From Geopsychrobacteraceae bacterium (GTDB lineage: Bacteria > Desulfobacterota > Desulfuromonadia > Desulfuromonadales > Geopsychrobacteraceae): 64,000 nt of DNA. Location: NCBI GenBank assembly GCA_963662315.1, contig OY759353.1, forward strand, positions 448,001 to 512,000. The letters run 5' to 3'. The notes under the pieces were generated by a model. That model saw only the letters and a list, made by a program, of their open reading frames with translations. It searched no databases and was not told where the DNA came from. Shown here in pieces: positions 48,707-58,408 of the stretch. Position numbers and translations under genes: made by a program. Each line of letters starts with the position of its first letter. The first letter of the stretch is position 1.

Positions 48707-51610
48707 ATGCGCCCGCTCAAATTAAGCATGACCGCCTTTGGCCCGTTTCCCGGTTGCGAGGTGATCGATTTTAAAAAGTTTGGCAGTTCGCCGTTATTTC
48801 TGATCAATGGTCCGACAGGAGCCGGAAAAACGACCATTCTCGATGCCATATGCTATGCCCTGTATGGGAAAACCACGGGGGATGACCGTGAAGGGGGGCA
48901 GATGCGCTGTGATCTGGCCCCCATTGAAACCCTGTGTGAAATCTCTTTCGAATTTATTCTGTATGATCGACACTTTGAAATCAGGCGGGTTCCTGATCAA
49001 CCGCGCCCCAAAAGTCGCGGTGATGGCTTTACCGAACAAAAGCCTGAAGCACAACTGACTGAACTGTTGCCTGATGGAGAGACTAAACTGCTGGTGGGGA
49101 GCAAGGTGAGTGATGCAACCCGGGTGATAGAAGAGTTGACCGGTCTGACGGCCGATCAGTTTCGCCAGGTGATGGTGTTGCCACAGGGGAAATTTCGTCA
49201 GCTGTTACTGGCCGAATCGGCCCAGCGGGAAAAAATCTTCAGTCAGCTGTTTCAAACCGGCATATATAAAAAACTGGAAGAGCGGTTAAAGGAAAAAGCG
49301 GCGGGTATCCGGCGTGAGCGTGACGCCTTTTTGCAGCAGCAGCACGGTATCCTTGAATCAACAGATAGCCAGGGGCTTGAAGAGCTGAAGCTTGAGCTTG
49401 CAGACCTTAACGAAAAGCTGAAGGTCCTTCAGCAGTATAAGGACGCAACTGCAGCGTCTTTTTTAAGGGCTCATCAGGACCTGACTAACGGCCGAAGCCT
49501 TGATCAGGATTTTAATCTTCTCGCACAACTCAGTGACAGGTTAACTGCTCTTGATGCCAATCGTGAGGCGATTGGCCTGCTTAAACAAGGGTTGATCGCA
49601 GCTCAGCGGGCGGCCAAGTTGGCACCGCTGTTCACGCAGCGGGATCGTTCCCGACAGGGTGTTCGTGACGCTTCGGAAAAACTCGAGGAATGTCATACCT
49701 CCAGACACAGTGCTCTAACCCGCCTTGCGGCGGCGGAGCTGGAGCAGGAGCGTCTGGCCGAGTTGCAGCAGGAGTGTGACGAGCATAAAATTGAACTGCA
49801 GCAGCTGGAACAATACCGCATGCAGCTGGAGCAGCTCGGCAGGGTCAGGCAGCAGTGCACTGACCTGCAGCTGCAGGTCGATCTGTGCAGTAATTATCGT
49901 CAGCTACTTGACGAGCGTGAACAATTAGACCGCATCGACCACTATGTAAAGCAGCAACAGACCATCTTTACCCTTAATGAAAAATTTAAGGAAGTTGAGC
50001 TAAGTGGCCGGAAATTAGCAGATCTCTTCGCTTTGAAACGCGATGAAACTAAACGTCTCGAGCTCGCCTGGCATCAGGGACAGGCGGCCTTGTTGGCTGC
50101 TGAGCTGAAAACCGGGGAAGCTTGTCCTGTGTGCGGGAGCTGCAGTCATCCGCAGCCGGCGGTTGTGGCTGGTGAGCTTCCGGATTTTCAAAAACTGGAG
50201 GCGTGTCGAGACGCTCTTGGTGGTTTGGACGAGCAGTTAAAAAGCACACGGGAACGCTATGTCGAATTACGGACTGAAGTTAAAAAACAGACCGACATGG
50301 TTCTTGAGCTGGGTACAGAGCTGGGACAGAACCTTGAGCAAACCCTAGCAGCCTTAAAGACTTCAATAGCCAGCCGAGAGCAACAGGTTCGGTCATGTAA
50401 CCAGCAGGATGTTATACATCTTCAGCAACTGGACCGTGTTGGTCTGGATGAGCATACCAGACAGCTGGGGGATACCTTGGCCGGTGCTGTGCGTGAGCGG
50501 GCACTGCTGGAAACAAACCTGCCCACTGACTTTCATCAGTTTGAGACTCTTGAAACGCGACGGAGCAAAATCACTCAGGATATTTCAGCAAAACTGCTTC
50601 TGATTGAGCAGATTCGCAATAATCACCGGGTTGCTTATGCGGGGGTGGAAGCGGTAGTCGCGGCTGAAAAGGATGCAGCGCAGCGCTTGCAACAGGCGCG
50701 TCAGGAAGAACAGCAGTCTCTTGCTGCTTGTTGTGAGGGCCTTGAAAAAAGCGCTTTTGATGATGAAAATGACTATCTCAAAGCCCTGCGCCATGAAGAA
50801 GACATGATTGCTATGCAAAATCAGATCGAGGGATTCAATGAAGAGCTTCAGCAGCTGCTTGGTGCCCGGCGTGAATTAGAGAATAAATTGACAGGTCTGG
50901 AGCGACCTGAGGTCGCTGTTCTGGAGCAGGTGTTAAACGAGGAGCAGCAGCGGAAGTCTGGCGCCGAAGATAATTGGCAGCAGGTGGATAGTCGCTGTAA
51001 ACAGCTGAATTCAACCCTACAGAAACTCGAGGCGAATAAGGCCAGACTTGATCAACTCGATGCTGCTTATGCCGTGATTGGAACCTTGAGTGACGTTGCT
51101 GGTGGCCAAACCGGTCAGAAGGTCAGTCTGCAGCGCTTTGTCCTGAGCGTCCTGCTGGATGATGTCCTGATCGAAGCAAGTAACCGCTTGGCCGCTATGA
51201 GCAAAGGTCGCTATCGTCTACTGCGCAAGGAAGATCGCAGTAAGGGGAACAAGGCGTCCGGCCTGGAACTGATCGTGGATGATGCCTATACCGGAAAAGT
51301 AAGACCGGTCGCGACGCTGTCCGGTGGTGAAAGTTTTATGGCGGCGCTGTCTCTGGCGTTGGGCCTGTCTGAGGTGGTTCAGGCCTATGCCGGAGGTGTC
51401 CGTCTTGATACCCTGTTTATCGATGAGGGGTTTGGCAGCCTCGATAGTGAATCTCTTGATCTTGCCATCAGTACCCTGGTTGACCTGCAGGCCGCGGGGC
51501 GCACTATTGGTCTGATCTCTCACGTCAGCGAACTTAAAGAACAGATTCCGTTGCGTATCGATGTTCAGCAGACTCGCAACGGCAGTCGTGTCGACCTGGT
51601 CGGCATTTAG
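48707..51610 (+). CDS. sbcC: Exonuclease SbcCD subunit C (Rad50-like SMC ATPase)
   Basis: GPTGAGKTT, LPQG.F, coiled coil with CPVCGS zinc hook, LSGGE, FIDEGFG, ISH. Confidence 0.95.
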   Translation: MRPLKLSMTAFGPFPGCEVIDFKKFGSSPLFLINGPTGAGKTTILDAICYALYGKTTGDDREGGQMRCDLAPIETLCEISFEFILYDRHFEIRRVPDQPRPKSRGDGFTEQKPEAQLTELLPDGETKLLVGSKVSDATRVIEELTGLTADQFRQVMVLPQGKFRQLLLAESAQREKIFSQLFQTGIYKKLEERLKEKAAGIRRERDAFLQQQHGILESTDSQGLEELKLELADLNEKLKVLQQYKDATAASFLRAHQDLTNGRSLDQDFNLLAQLSDRLTALDANREAIGLLKQGLIAAQRAAKLAPLFTQRDRSRQGVRDASEKLEECHTSRHSALTRLAAAELEQERLAELQQECDEHKIELQQLEQYRMQLEQLGRVRQQCTDLQLQVDLCSNYRQLLDEREQLDRIDHYVKQQQTIFTLNEKFKEVELSGRKLADLFALKRDETKRLELAWHQGQAALLAAELKTGEACPVCGSCSHPQPAVVAGELPDFQKLEACRDALGGLDEQLKSTRERYVELRTEVKKQTDMVLELGTELGQNLEQTLAALKTSIASREQQVRSCNQQDVIHLQQLDRVGLDEHTRQLGDTLAGAVRERALLETNLPTDFHQFETLETRRSKITQDISAKLLLIEQIRNNHRVAYAGVEAVVAAEKDAAQRLQQARQEEQQSLAACCEGLEKSAFDDENDYLKALRHEEDMIAMQNQIEGFNEELQQLLGARRELENKLTGLERPEVAVLEQVLNEEQQRKSGAEDNWQQVDSRCKQLNSTLQKLEANKARLDQLDAAYAVIGTLSDVAGGQTGQKVSLQRFVLSVLLDDVLIEASNRLAAMSKGRYRLLRKEDRSKGNKASGLELIVDDAYTGKVRPVATLSGGESFMAALSLALGLSEVVQAYAGGVRLDTLFIDEGFGSLDSESLDLAISTLVDLQAAGRTIGLISHVSELKEQIPLRIDVQQTRNGSRVDLVGI

Positions 51611-51634
51611 TATTTCACCGGGGAGTATATTCAA

Positions 51635-54301
51635 GTGCTGGCAGCCTATCGTCAATTAATGGATGACATGAGTCGAGGCGCTCTGGTTCTGACCGCCAAT
51701 CGCCGTTTGTATCGCTATCTGCGCGATTGTTATGATCAGCATATGCTGGCCACCGGACAGGGCGCCTGGCAAGCTCCGCAGCTCCTTAGTTACGAAGCCT
51801 GGCTGCAGAAGTGTTTAGTGGAATTGGGGGAAGAATGGCGTCTGCTTAATTCATTACAGCTGCAATACTTATGGGAACAGCTGATCGAACGCTCTTCCGC
51901 TGCTGCTGGAATGGAGTTGCTGCAAATCCCTAAAACAGCAGAAACAGCCATTCAGGCCTATCGCTTACTGACGGAATACGAGTTGGAGCTTGAACCGTCT
52001 TTTCTGACTGAGGATCAGGTTGTATTTAAAAACTGGTATGAGCAATTTAACGGGTTTCTTGCTGATCACCAGTGGTTTGATAAGAGCGCAGTTCCTGCCC
52101 GGGTGCGAGGCGCTCTGGCCGATGGTGCGCTTCCGTTACCTGCTTGTGTTCGCCTGGCTGGTTTTGATCAGTTGCCGCCCGGGTTGCAGAAACTGCAGGA
52201 TCTGCTGCTGGCACGCGGCAGTGATTGCCGCGAAGTGTCTTTCTCCTCACAGCCGGGTCGTCGTATTACTAGTTATGAGGCTAATGATCGTAGCGGTGAG
52301 GTTGAATCCGCCGCGCGCTGGGTGCGAGGTCTCCTTGAGCAAGGGGAAATTGGCATCGGTGTCGTTGTCCCTGATCTGACCCGGCGGCGACAAGAAATTG
52401 AGCGGGTTTTTAAGGCGCAGATTGATCCTGCCGGTGCGGTCCGTCTGAATGATGAAGACGCGGTTTTCAGTTTATCCCTTGGGGGACCATTGAGTGAGCA
52501 GGGTGTTATTCATGCTGCTTTACAGCTGATGGGGGTTGAGGCGTATCTTTCTTTTGAACAGATCTCCTTCCTATTGCGTAGTGCATACCTGGGCAAGTCA
52601 CAAAGTGAGAGTGATTTAAGGGCTGTATTTGAAGTCAGGTTGCGAGGCTATAATCAGGATCGCTTTAAGCTTGATTCTCTTGCCACTCTGGCTGTCTCCT
52701 GTGGGCTGGAGTCCTTTAGCCTGATACTGCAAAAGCTCTCTGCTTTCGCCAAACTGTCAGGTAAACGTCTGCCGGGAGTCTGGTGTGAGCTGTTGGCCGA
52801 TCACCTGCATGACCTTGGCTGGCCGGGGGAAAGAACCATAATCAGCCGTGAATACCAGGCCATTAAATCCTGGCAGCAGAACGTTCTGGAGGTGATACCT
52901 CTGCTCGATACTCTGGGGCAGCCGGTCAGTCGTGCCAAAATGATATCTTTGCTGCTGCGCATGACCCATGACACCGAATTTCAAGTCGAAGCTCCGACCG
53001 GTCCGGTTCAGGTGGTCGGATTGCTCGAATCGACCGGGCTGCAGTTTAATCATTTGTGGGTCATGGGGCTTGAGGAACGAATTTTCCCGGCGGCCCCACA
53101 GCCAAATCCATTTATCCCTTATCAGCTTCAGGTTGCGCATGCCATGCCTCATGCCGATGCGGCAAGGGAGCTGGCCTACGCTGAACAGGTTATCGATCGT
53201 CTTGTCGGTGCTGCGGATGATGTTGTCCTTAGTTATCCGAGATTTGATGGAGATACTGAATTACAGCCAAGTCCTTTATTGCCGAACGACGTCGTCAGCG
53301 CTAACCTGCAATTCAGTGAACGGCATGATCTGCTTCATCGCATCATGACCTTCCAAGGCGAACTGGAGACCGTTGCTGATCGCAACGGGCCACGCCTTGA
53401 AGCAGCCTTGGTGGAAGGTGGGACCGGGTTGCTGAAGGACCAGGCCCATTGCCCGTTTCGCGCCTTTGTTCATCATCGCTTACATAGCCGTGGGCTGGAA
53501 AGCTCAACGCCGGGGATCTCTGCCATGGAACGGGGCGATCTGGTGCACCTGGCTCTGGAGAAGATCTGGAAACAACTGACAAATCATGCACGGCTGGTTG
53601 CTCTGGATGATACCGACCGTGCCGCACTGGTGGCGGGCCAGGTTGATCAGGCTCTTGATCAGTTTTATAAAGACCGCCCCCGACCCTCGTCCCTTATGGA
53701 GACTCTGGAGCGTGAACGTATCAAGCAGTTGATCGATGAATGGCTGCAGGGCGTCGAGGTGCAGCGCACGCCGTTTTGCGTCGTGGCAACCGAGGCAACG
53801 CATACGGAACAGCTAGGGCCTTTGCAAATCAGGCTTAAGGTTGATCGCATCGACGAACTCGAAGACGGTCAGCGGATCATTATCGACTATAAAACCGGCG
53901 GTCAGCTGCGGGCCGATGATCTGGTCAGTGACCCGTTAATCGAACCCCAGTTGCCCATCTATGCCGTTGCCCAGGGGGATCAACCTGCAGCTGGCATCGT
54001 TTTCGCACAGATCAGAAAGAGTTCCTGCCGTCTGCTGGGGATCGTTCGGGATAAAGGTTTGCTTGGCAAGGTTGGGGACATTACCGCCAATAAATGCTGT
54101 CAGGAGGCGGGGATTATTGACTGGAGCCAGTTGCTGGCTTTCTGGCAACGTCAGATCCGACAGCTGGCCGACGACTTTGTTGCCGGAGAAGCGAGTGTGC
54201 GCCCCTTTGATCCGGCCTTGAGCTGCCAGTATTGTGACCTGGCAGGTTTATGCCGTATTCAGGAATCGCTCATGTTGCCAGAGGAAGATAATGACTGTTG
54301 A
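51635..54301 (+). CDS. AddB-like DNA repair protein (degenerate helicase + PD-(D/E)XK nuclease, Fe-S cysteines)
   Basis: No Walker A; HCPF, RG..VH, VDRID, IIDYK, QL.IY, CQYC.....CR. Confidence 0.85.
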   Translation: MLAAYRQLMDDMSRGALVLTANRRLYRYLRDCYDQHMLATGQGAWQAPQLLSYEAWLQKCLVELGEEWRLLNSLQLQYLWEQLIERSSAAAGMELLQIPKTAETAIQAYRLLTEYELELEPSFLTEDQVVFKNWYEQFNGFLADHQWFDKSAVPARVRGALADGALPLPACVRLAGFDQLPPGLQKLQDLLLARGSDCREVSFSSQPGRRITSYEANDRSGEVESAARWVRGLLEQGEIGIGVVVPDLTRRRQEIERVFKAQIDPAGAVRLNDEDAVFSLSLGGPLSEQGVIHAALQLMGVEAYLSFEQISFLLRSAYLGKSQSESDLRAVFEVRLRGYNQDRFKLDSLATLAVSCGLESFSLILQKLSAFAKLSGKRLPGVWCELLADHLHDLGWPGERTIISREYQAIKSWQQNVLEVIPLLDTLGQPVSRAKMISLLLRMTHDTEFQVEAPTGPVQVVGLLESTGLQFNHLWVMGLEERIFPAAPQPNPFIPYQLQVAHAMPHADAARELAYAEQVIDRLVGAADDVVLSYPRFDGDTELQPSPLLPNDVVSANLQFSERHDLLHRIMTFQGELETVADRNGPRLEAALVEGGTGLLKDQAHCPFRAFVHHRLHSRGLESSTPGISAMERGDLVHLALEKIWKQLTNHARLVALDDTDRAALVAGQVDQALDQFYKDRPRPSSLMETLERERIKQLIDEWLQGVEVQRTPFCVVATEATHTEQLGPLQIRLKVDRIDELEDGQRIIIDYKTGGQLRADDLVSDPLIEPQLPIYAVAQGDQPAAGIVFAQIRKSSCRLLGIVRDKGLLGKVGDITANKCCQEAGIIDWSQLLAFWQRQIRQLADDFVAGEASVRPFDPALSCQYCDLAGLCRIQESLMLPEEDNDC

Positions 54302-57300
54302 ACTGAATCGTCCTGTTGCTGATGCAGAGGCGCGGGCTGCTGCCATTGATCCTTCCCGGTCCTGCATTGTCCAGGCCCCGGCCGGATCGGGAAAAACCGA
54401 GTTGTTGATCCAGCGCATGCTGGGATTGCTGGGACAGGTTGAGCGGCCACAGCAGATTCTTGCCATCACCTTTACCAATAAGGCGGCGGCGGAAATGCGC
54501 CAGCGTCTGGTCGAGGCGCTGCGCAGTGCCAGGGTCCAGCCACAGCCGCACGTGCCGCATCATGCGCTCACCTGGAGACTGGCTGCCAAAGCTTTGCAGC
54601 GCCATGGGGAGAGCATTATTAAAAATCCTGCTCAGCTGGCGATTCAGACCATCGACAGTTTTAATGCGGCATTGGTAAGGAAAATGCCTTGGCTGTCGCG
54701 CTTCGGCAGTTTACCGCAAATGGCAGAAGATGCTGATGCGCTGTATGTTAAAGCCGTTGATCAGTTGTGTCTGCAGCTCGAGCAGGGTGGGGATGGGAGC
54801 AGGCAGCTCGAAATCCTCCTGCGTCATCTCGATAATCAGCTCTCGGTTGTCCAAGGAATGCTGGTTGATATGTTGCGCAAGCGGGATCAATGGTTACGCT
54901 TTCTGCATTCAGATTATCGAACCAGTCACGAGGACCTGCAGCGGGCGCTGGAGGCGTTGTACACGGAAAAGATTCGTGAACTGCAGCAGGCTTTTCCCCA
55001 GGCAGTTGCCACCGAGTTGCTACGGGGGGCGCGTTTTGCTGCTAATAACCTTCCTGAGTCGGATTTTTCAAGGTTTCGCGACTGGAACAATATGCCCGCC
55101 GCGACCTATCAGCACCTGGGAGACTGGGCCCGATTAGGAAACTGGTTACTGACTGCCAAAGGCGAACTGCGTCAGCGACTGACAAAAAATGAGGGGTTTC
55201 CTGCCGGTAAGGAATTTAAAGCCGGTAAAGACCAGATGGACGAGGTTCTGAACGCGTTAGCTCCCCATCAGACCTTTATCCGTCGGCTTGATGCGGTGCG
55301 TAAGTTGCCGACCCGCGGCTACAGCGACAGCCAATGGCAACTGTTCGAAGCGCTTATCACCATTTTGCCGCTGTTGCTGTATCAACTATGGCTGGTTTTT
55401 CGTAATGAAGGGGAAGCTGATTTTGCCGAGATTGCCCTTAAAGCGAATACGGCCTTGGGGGATGCCAGTGACCCGAGCGATCTCCTGCTGAAAATTGACC
55501 ATGACCTGCAGCATATTCTTATCGATGAATTTCAGGACACGTCGCGCCTGCAATATCAGTTACTGGAAACTCTGACTTCAGGCTGGGCCGCCGGGGATGG
55601 CAGAACTCTCTTTCTCGTCGGTGATCCGATGCAGTCGATCTACCTGTTCCGCGAGGCCGAAGTTGGTCTGTTTCTGCACAGTTTCAAGGGGCGTTTTGGT
55701 GCTCTGCAGCATCCCTTAACGCCATTACGCCTGAGGTGTAATTTCCGCTCTCAGCAAGGCATTGTTGAATGGGTCAATAACAGTTTTGCCACGATGTTTC
55801 CAGATACGACCGACGAGATTCTCGGGGCTGTCCCATTGTCTCGTGCCGTGGCTGTCAAGCCACTCCTTTCAGGCAGTGCCTGTTCTGTGCATCCTTTTGC
55901 GGGCAGGAATGATCGCGCAGAAGCTTTAAAGGTTATTGATCTGATACGCAAGGCGCAGGAAGAAGATCCTGAACAGTCGATTGCCGTTCTGGTGCGCGGG
56001 CGGACCCATCTGAATCATCTTCTTCCGCTCCTGCACGAGCAGAAGTTGGCCTATCAGGCCCGGGATATTGAGTTGCTGGGGGCTCGCCCGGCCACCCTTG
56101 ATTTGGTCCACCTGACCAAAGCGCTGTTGCATCGCGGTGATCGACTGTCATGGCTGGCAGTATTGAGAGCTCCCTGGTGCGGCCTGACTCTTAATGATCT
56201 GCATAGCCTGGTTGGCGCATATAAAAACAGGACGCTTCCGGTCTTGCTGGATGATCAACAACTGGTCGCCTCCTTATCGGAAGATGGGCGGAATAGAATC
56301 AGCCGGGTCTGGCCGGTGTTAAAAGCAGCTCTGTCCCGTTGCGGCAGTATCTCGTTACGGGAACTGGTCGAGTCATGCTGGCTGACCATTGGTGGACCCG
56401 CCTGCTACGCTTCTTCCTCTTTGCCCGACATTGAACTCGTTTTCAGTTTACTGTCGAAGCTTGATAAAGGCGGTACCACTGCTGATCTTAATCAACTTGA
56501 AAAGGGGTTGGCAAACATCTATTCCAATCCGGAAGCCAGTGACTGCAAGCTTGAAATTATGACGATTCACAAGGCCAAAGGTCTTGAGTTCGATACGGTG
56601 ATTATTCCCGGTTTAGGGCGCCCGGTTGGCCGTGTCCACCAGCCTCTGTTACGCTGGTTTGAACACCCTGAGCATGGTTTACTGATAGCGCCGTTACCTG
56701 AGCGAGGCAGTAAGGAAAAAGATCCGCTCTATCAATTGATCTCAGACTTTGAGAACTATAAGCAGGAACTTGAAACTTCGCGTCTATTGTATGTTGCTAC
56801 TACCAGAGCGGTTAAAAGACTGCATCTACTCGGTCATGCCAAAGCGAATTCCGATGGGCATCTTGCTCCTGCTTCCGGGTCGTTGCTGGAAAAATTATGG
56901 CCGGTTGTTTCATGTTTTTTTAAGATGGATGATGAGACTTCGACCGAGAGCATTGACTCATTGATTGTACCAAGCTTAAAGCGGTTGTCAGCGGGATGGC
57001 AACTGCCCCAGGTTCATGCCGTGCCAATCCCGGTCAGCACGGTCAGGGGAACCGCATCAGGAACCCACGGTGGGAACGACGTGGTGTTCAGCGGTTGGGA
57101 AAATCCCGCCTTTCGCCATGTAGGAACCCTTGTTCATCAGCAGCTGGAAATGATTTCACGGTACGGTCTAGACTACTGGCCCAGGCACATTGATGTTCAT
57201 GGTCTGCAGCATATTACTTCCCGTTTGCGACAGATGGGGGTTGCGGAAACTCAGCTTGCCAATAGTGCCGAGCGGGTAAAGCAGGCGGTTGATAAGGTCC

Positions 57301-57632
57301 TGTCCAGCCCCAAAGGACGCTGGTTGTTAGCTCCGCATGCTGGTCATGCCAGCGAATATCCTTTGACGGGAGTTGTTGATGGCCAGTTGATCCATGCCAG
57401 TATCGATCGCACTTTTATCGCTGATGGAATACGCTGGATAATTGATTATAAATCGAGTTCACCGGCAAATAAGGAATCTCTTGAACGTTTTTTGGCGCGT
57501 GAAGCAGACCGTTACCGGACGCAGTTGCAGATTTACGTTGAACTGTTCAAGGCTCTGGATGAGAAGGTTTGTGTCAGGGCAGCTCTGTATTTTCCTTTGT
57601 TGGACTGTTGGTACGAGCTGCCCGAAAACTAA
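54291..57632 (+). CDS. AddA-like UvrD helicase-nuclease
   Basis: APAGSGKT, TFTNKAA.EM, IDEFQDT, VGDP.QSIY.FR, NFRS, MTIHKAKGLEF, LYVA.TRA, IDR...IIDYK. Confidence 0.9.
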   Translation: MTVELNRPVADAEARAAAIDPSRSCIVQAPAGSGKTELLIQRMLGLLGQVERPQQILAITFTNKAAAEMRQRLVEALRSARVQPQPHVPHHALTWRLAAKALQRHGESIIKNPAQLAIQTIDSFNAALVRKMPWLSRFGSLPQMAEDADALYVKAVDQLCLQLEQGGDGSRQLEILLRHLDNQLSVVQGMLVDMLRKRDQWLRFLHSDYRTSHEDLQRALEALYTEKIRELQQAFPQAVATELLRGARFAANNLPESDFSRFRDWNNMPAATYQHLGDWARLGNWLLTAKGELRQRLTKNEGFPAGKEFKAGKDQMDEVLNALAPHQTFIRRLDAVRKLPTRGYSDSQWQLFEALITILPLLLYQLWLVFRNEGEADFAEIALKANTALGDASDPSDLLLKIDHDLQHILIDEFQDTSRLQYQLLETLTSGWAAGDGRTLFLVGDPMQSIYLFREAEVGLFLHSFKGRFGALQHPLTPLRLRCNFRSQQGIVEWVNNSFATMFPDTTDEILGAVPLSRAVAVKPLLSGSACSVHPFAGRNDRAEALKVIDLIRKAQEEDPEQSIAVLVRGRTHLNHLLPLLHEQKLAYQARDIELLGARPATLDLVHLTKALLHRGDRLSWLAVLRAPWCGLTLNDLHSLVGAYKNRTLPVLLDDQQLVASLSEDGRNRISRVWPVLKAALSRCGSISLRELVESCWLTIGGPACYASSSLPDIELVFSLLSKLDKGGTTADLNQLEKGLANIYSNPEASDCKLEIMTIHKAKGLEFDTVIIPGLGRPVGRVHQPLLRWFEHPEHGLLIAPLPERGSKEKDPLYQLISDFENYKQELETSRLLYVATTRAVKRLHLLGHAKANSDGHLAPASGSLLEKLWPVVSCFFKMDDETSTESIDSLIVPSLKRLSAGWQLPQVHAVPIPVSTVRGTASGTHGGNDVVFSGWENPAFRHVGTLVHQQLEMISRYGLDYWPRHIDVHGLQHITSRLRQMGVAETQLANSAERVKQAVDKVLSSPKGRWLLAPHAGHASEYPLTGVVDGQLIHASIDRTFIADGIRWIIDYKSSSPANKESLERFLAREADRYRTQLQIYVELFKALDEKVCVRAALYFPLLDCWYELPEN

Positions 57633-57713
57633 CTTGTTTTAACCCGGAGGCAATTATTTTGACCTTCCTTCAGCTGCGGGGCGTAAGGGGTGGCACCGGT
57701 GTGCCGGTATCCT

Positions 57714-58190
57714 TCAGGCACGGGTAGAAGATGACAAGCTTTTTAAAATCTGTCCGGTCATATAACTTTTGTGAGGATTCACCCTTACTAAACTTTTAAT
57801 CATATGTGGAGCAAGGTGCAGGCGGAAGGTCGATTCCTCGCGTTGTACCAGAGTCAGCTCAATATTTTTTTTCAATGATCCGATGCGCATTTCGGTTTCG
57901 ATGACATAGCACCATTCTCTACTGCCGTCTTCAAAGGACACAAGACGTCTTGTCTTGACGGGAGTTACTGAATATATTTCGACATCAGTATTGTTCTGGA
58001 TGGGGTGTATGCCGAAACTGATAATCAGGTCTTCCCCTTCTTTAAAGGTTGAAAAATCGAAAATATTCAGTATGGATTGTTTGGAATCCATAACGACCTG
58101 GGCTTCAATAGCTGGTATTTTTAGCGCCGGAAATGACACCCACTCACACCACCCGATGTCGAGCAATAGTGAGGTTTTTGTGTTTTTCAT
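57714..58190 (-). CDS. Degenerate RimK-associated retropepsin-like ('ATP-dependent Zn protease') protein
   Basis: IGWCEWV..P.L.I..I.A, F..HP.Q, E..YVI.T, IELTL..R family pattern, but no DTG motif. Confidence 0.65.
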   Translation of the reverse strand: MKNTKTSLLLDIGWCEWVSFPALKIPAIEAQVVMDSKQSILNIFDFSTFKEGEDLIISFGIHPIQNNTDVEIYSVTPVKTRRLVSFEDGSREWCYVIETEMRIGSLKKNIELTLVQREESTFRLHLAPHMIKSLVRVNPHKSYMTGQILKSLSSSTRA

Positions 58191-58408
58191 GGCATCTCTC
58201 CTGAGATTTGAAATTGTTAATTTACTTGATAGTAATGTGGATTGTTAGAAAAGTAAATTGTTTTAATATTAAAAATCACACCACGTCAGATCCTGATAAA
58301 CGAATAAATATAAGAAGTTAAAAAAAATGTTGCTCAATGCGGTGATTATGCGAAGATATTACCTTGTCACCCGGTGTTTTCATGATTTCTGCTTTGCGGG
58401 GGAAGCTG

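Noticed and set aside
47566..57632. Reading the SMC ATPase + nuclease + helicase block as an anti-phage or anti-plasmid system
   Set aside because: Motifs fit canonical SbcCD and AddAB, and there is no defence island or mobile context
57691..57705. TGGCAC...GTGCC as a sigma54 promoter
   Set aside because: Lacks a proper TTGC -12 element and lies between convergent genes; more likely a small hairpin
58191..58363. AT-rich divergent intergenic region as a Fur site or island boundary
   Set aside because: No convincing Fur box, direct repeat or integrase; ordinary promoter composition
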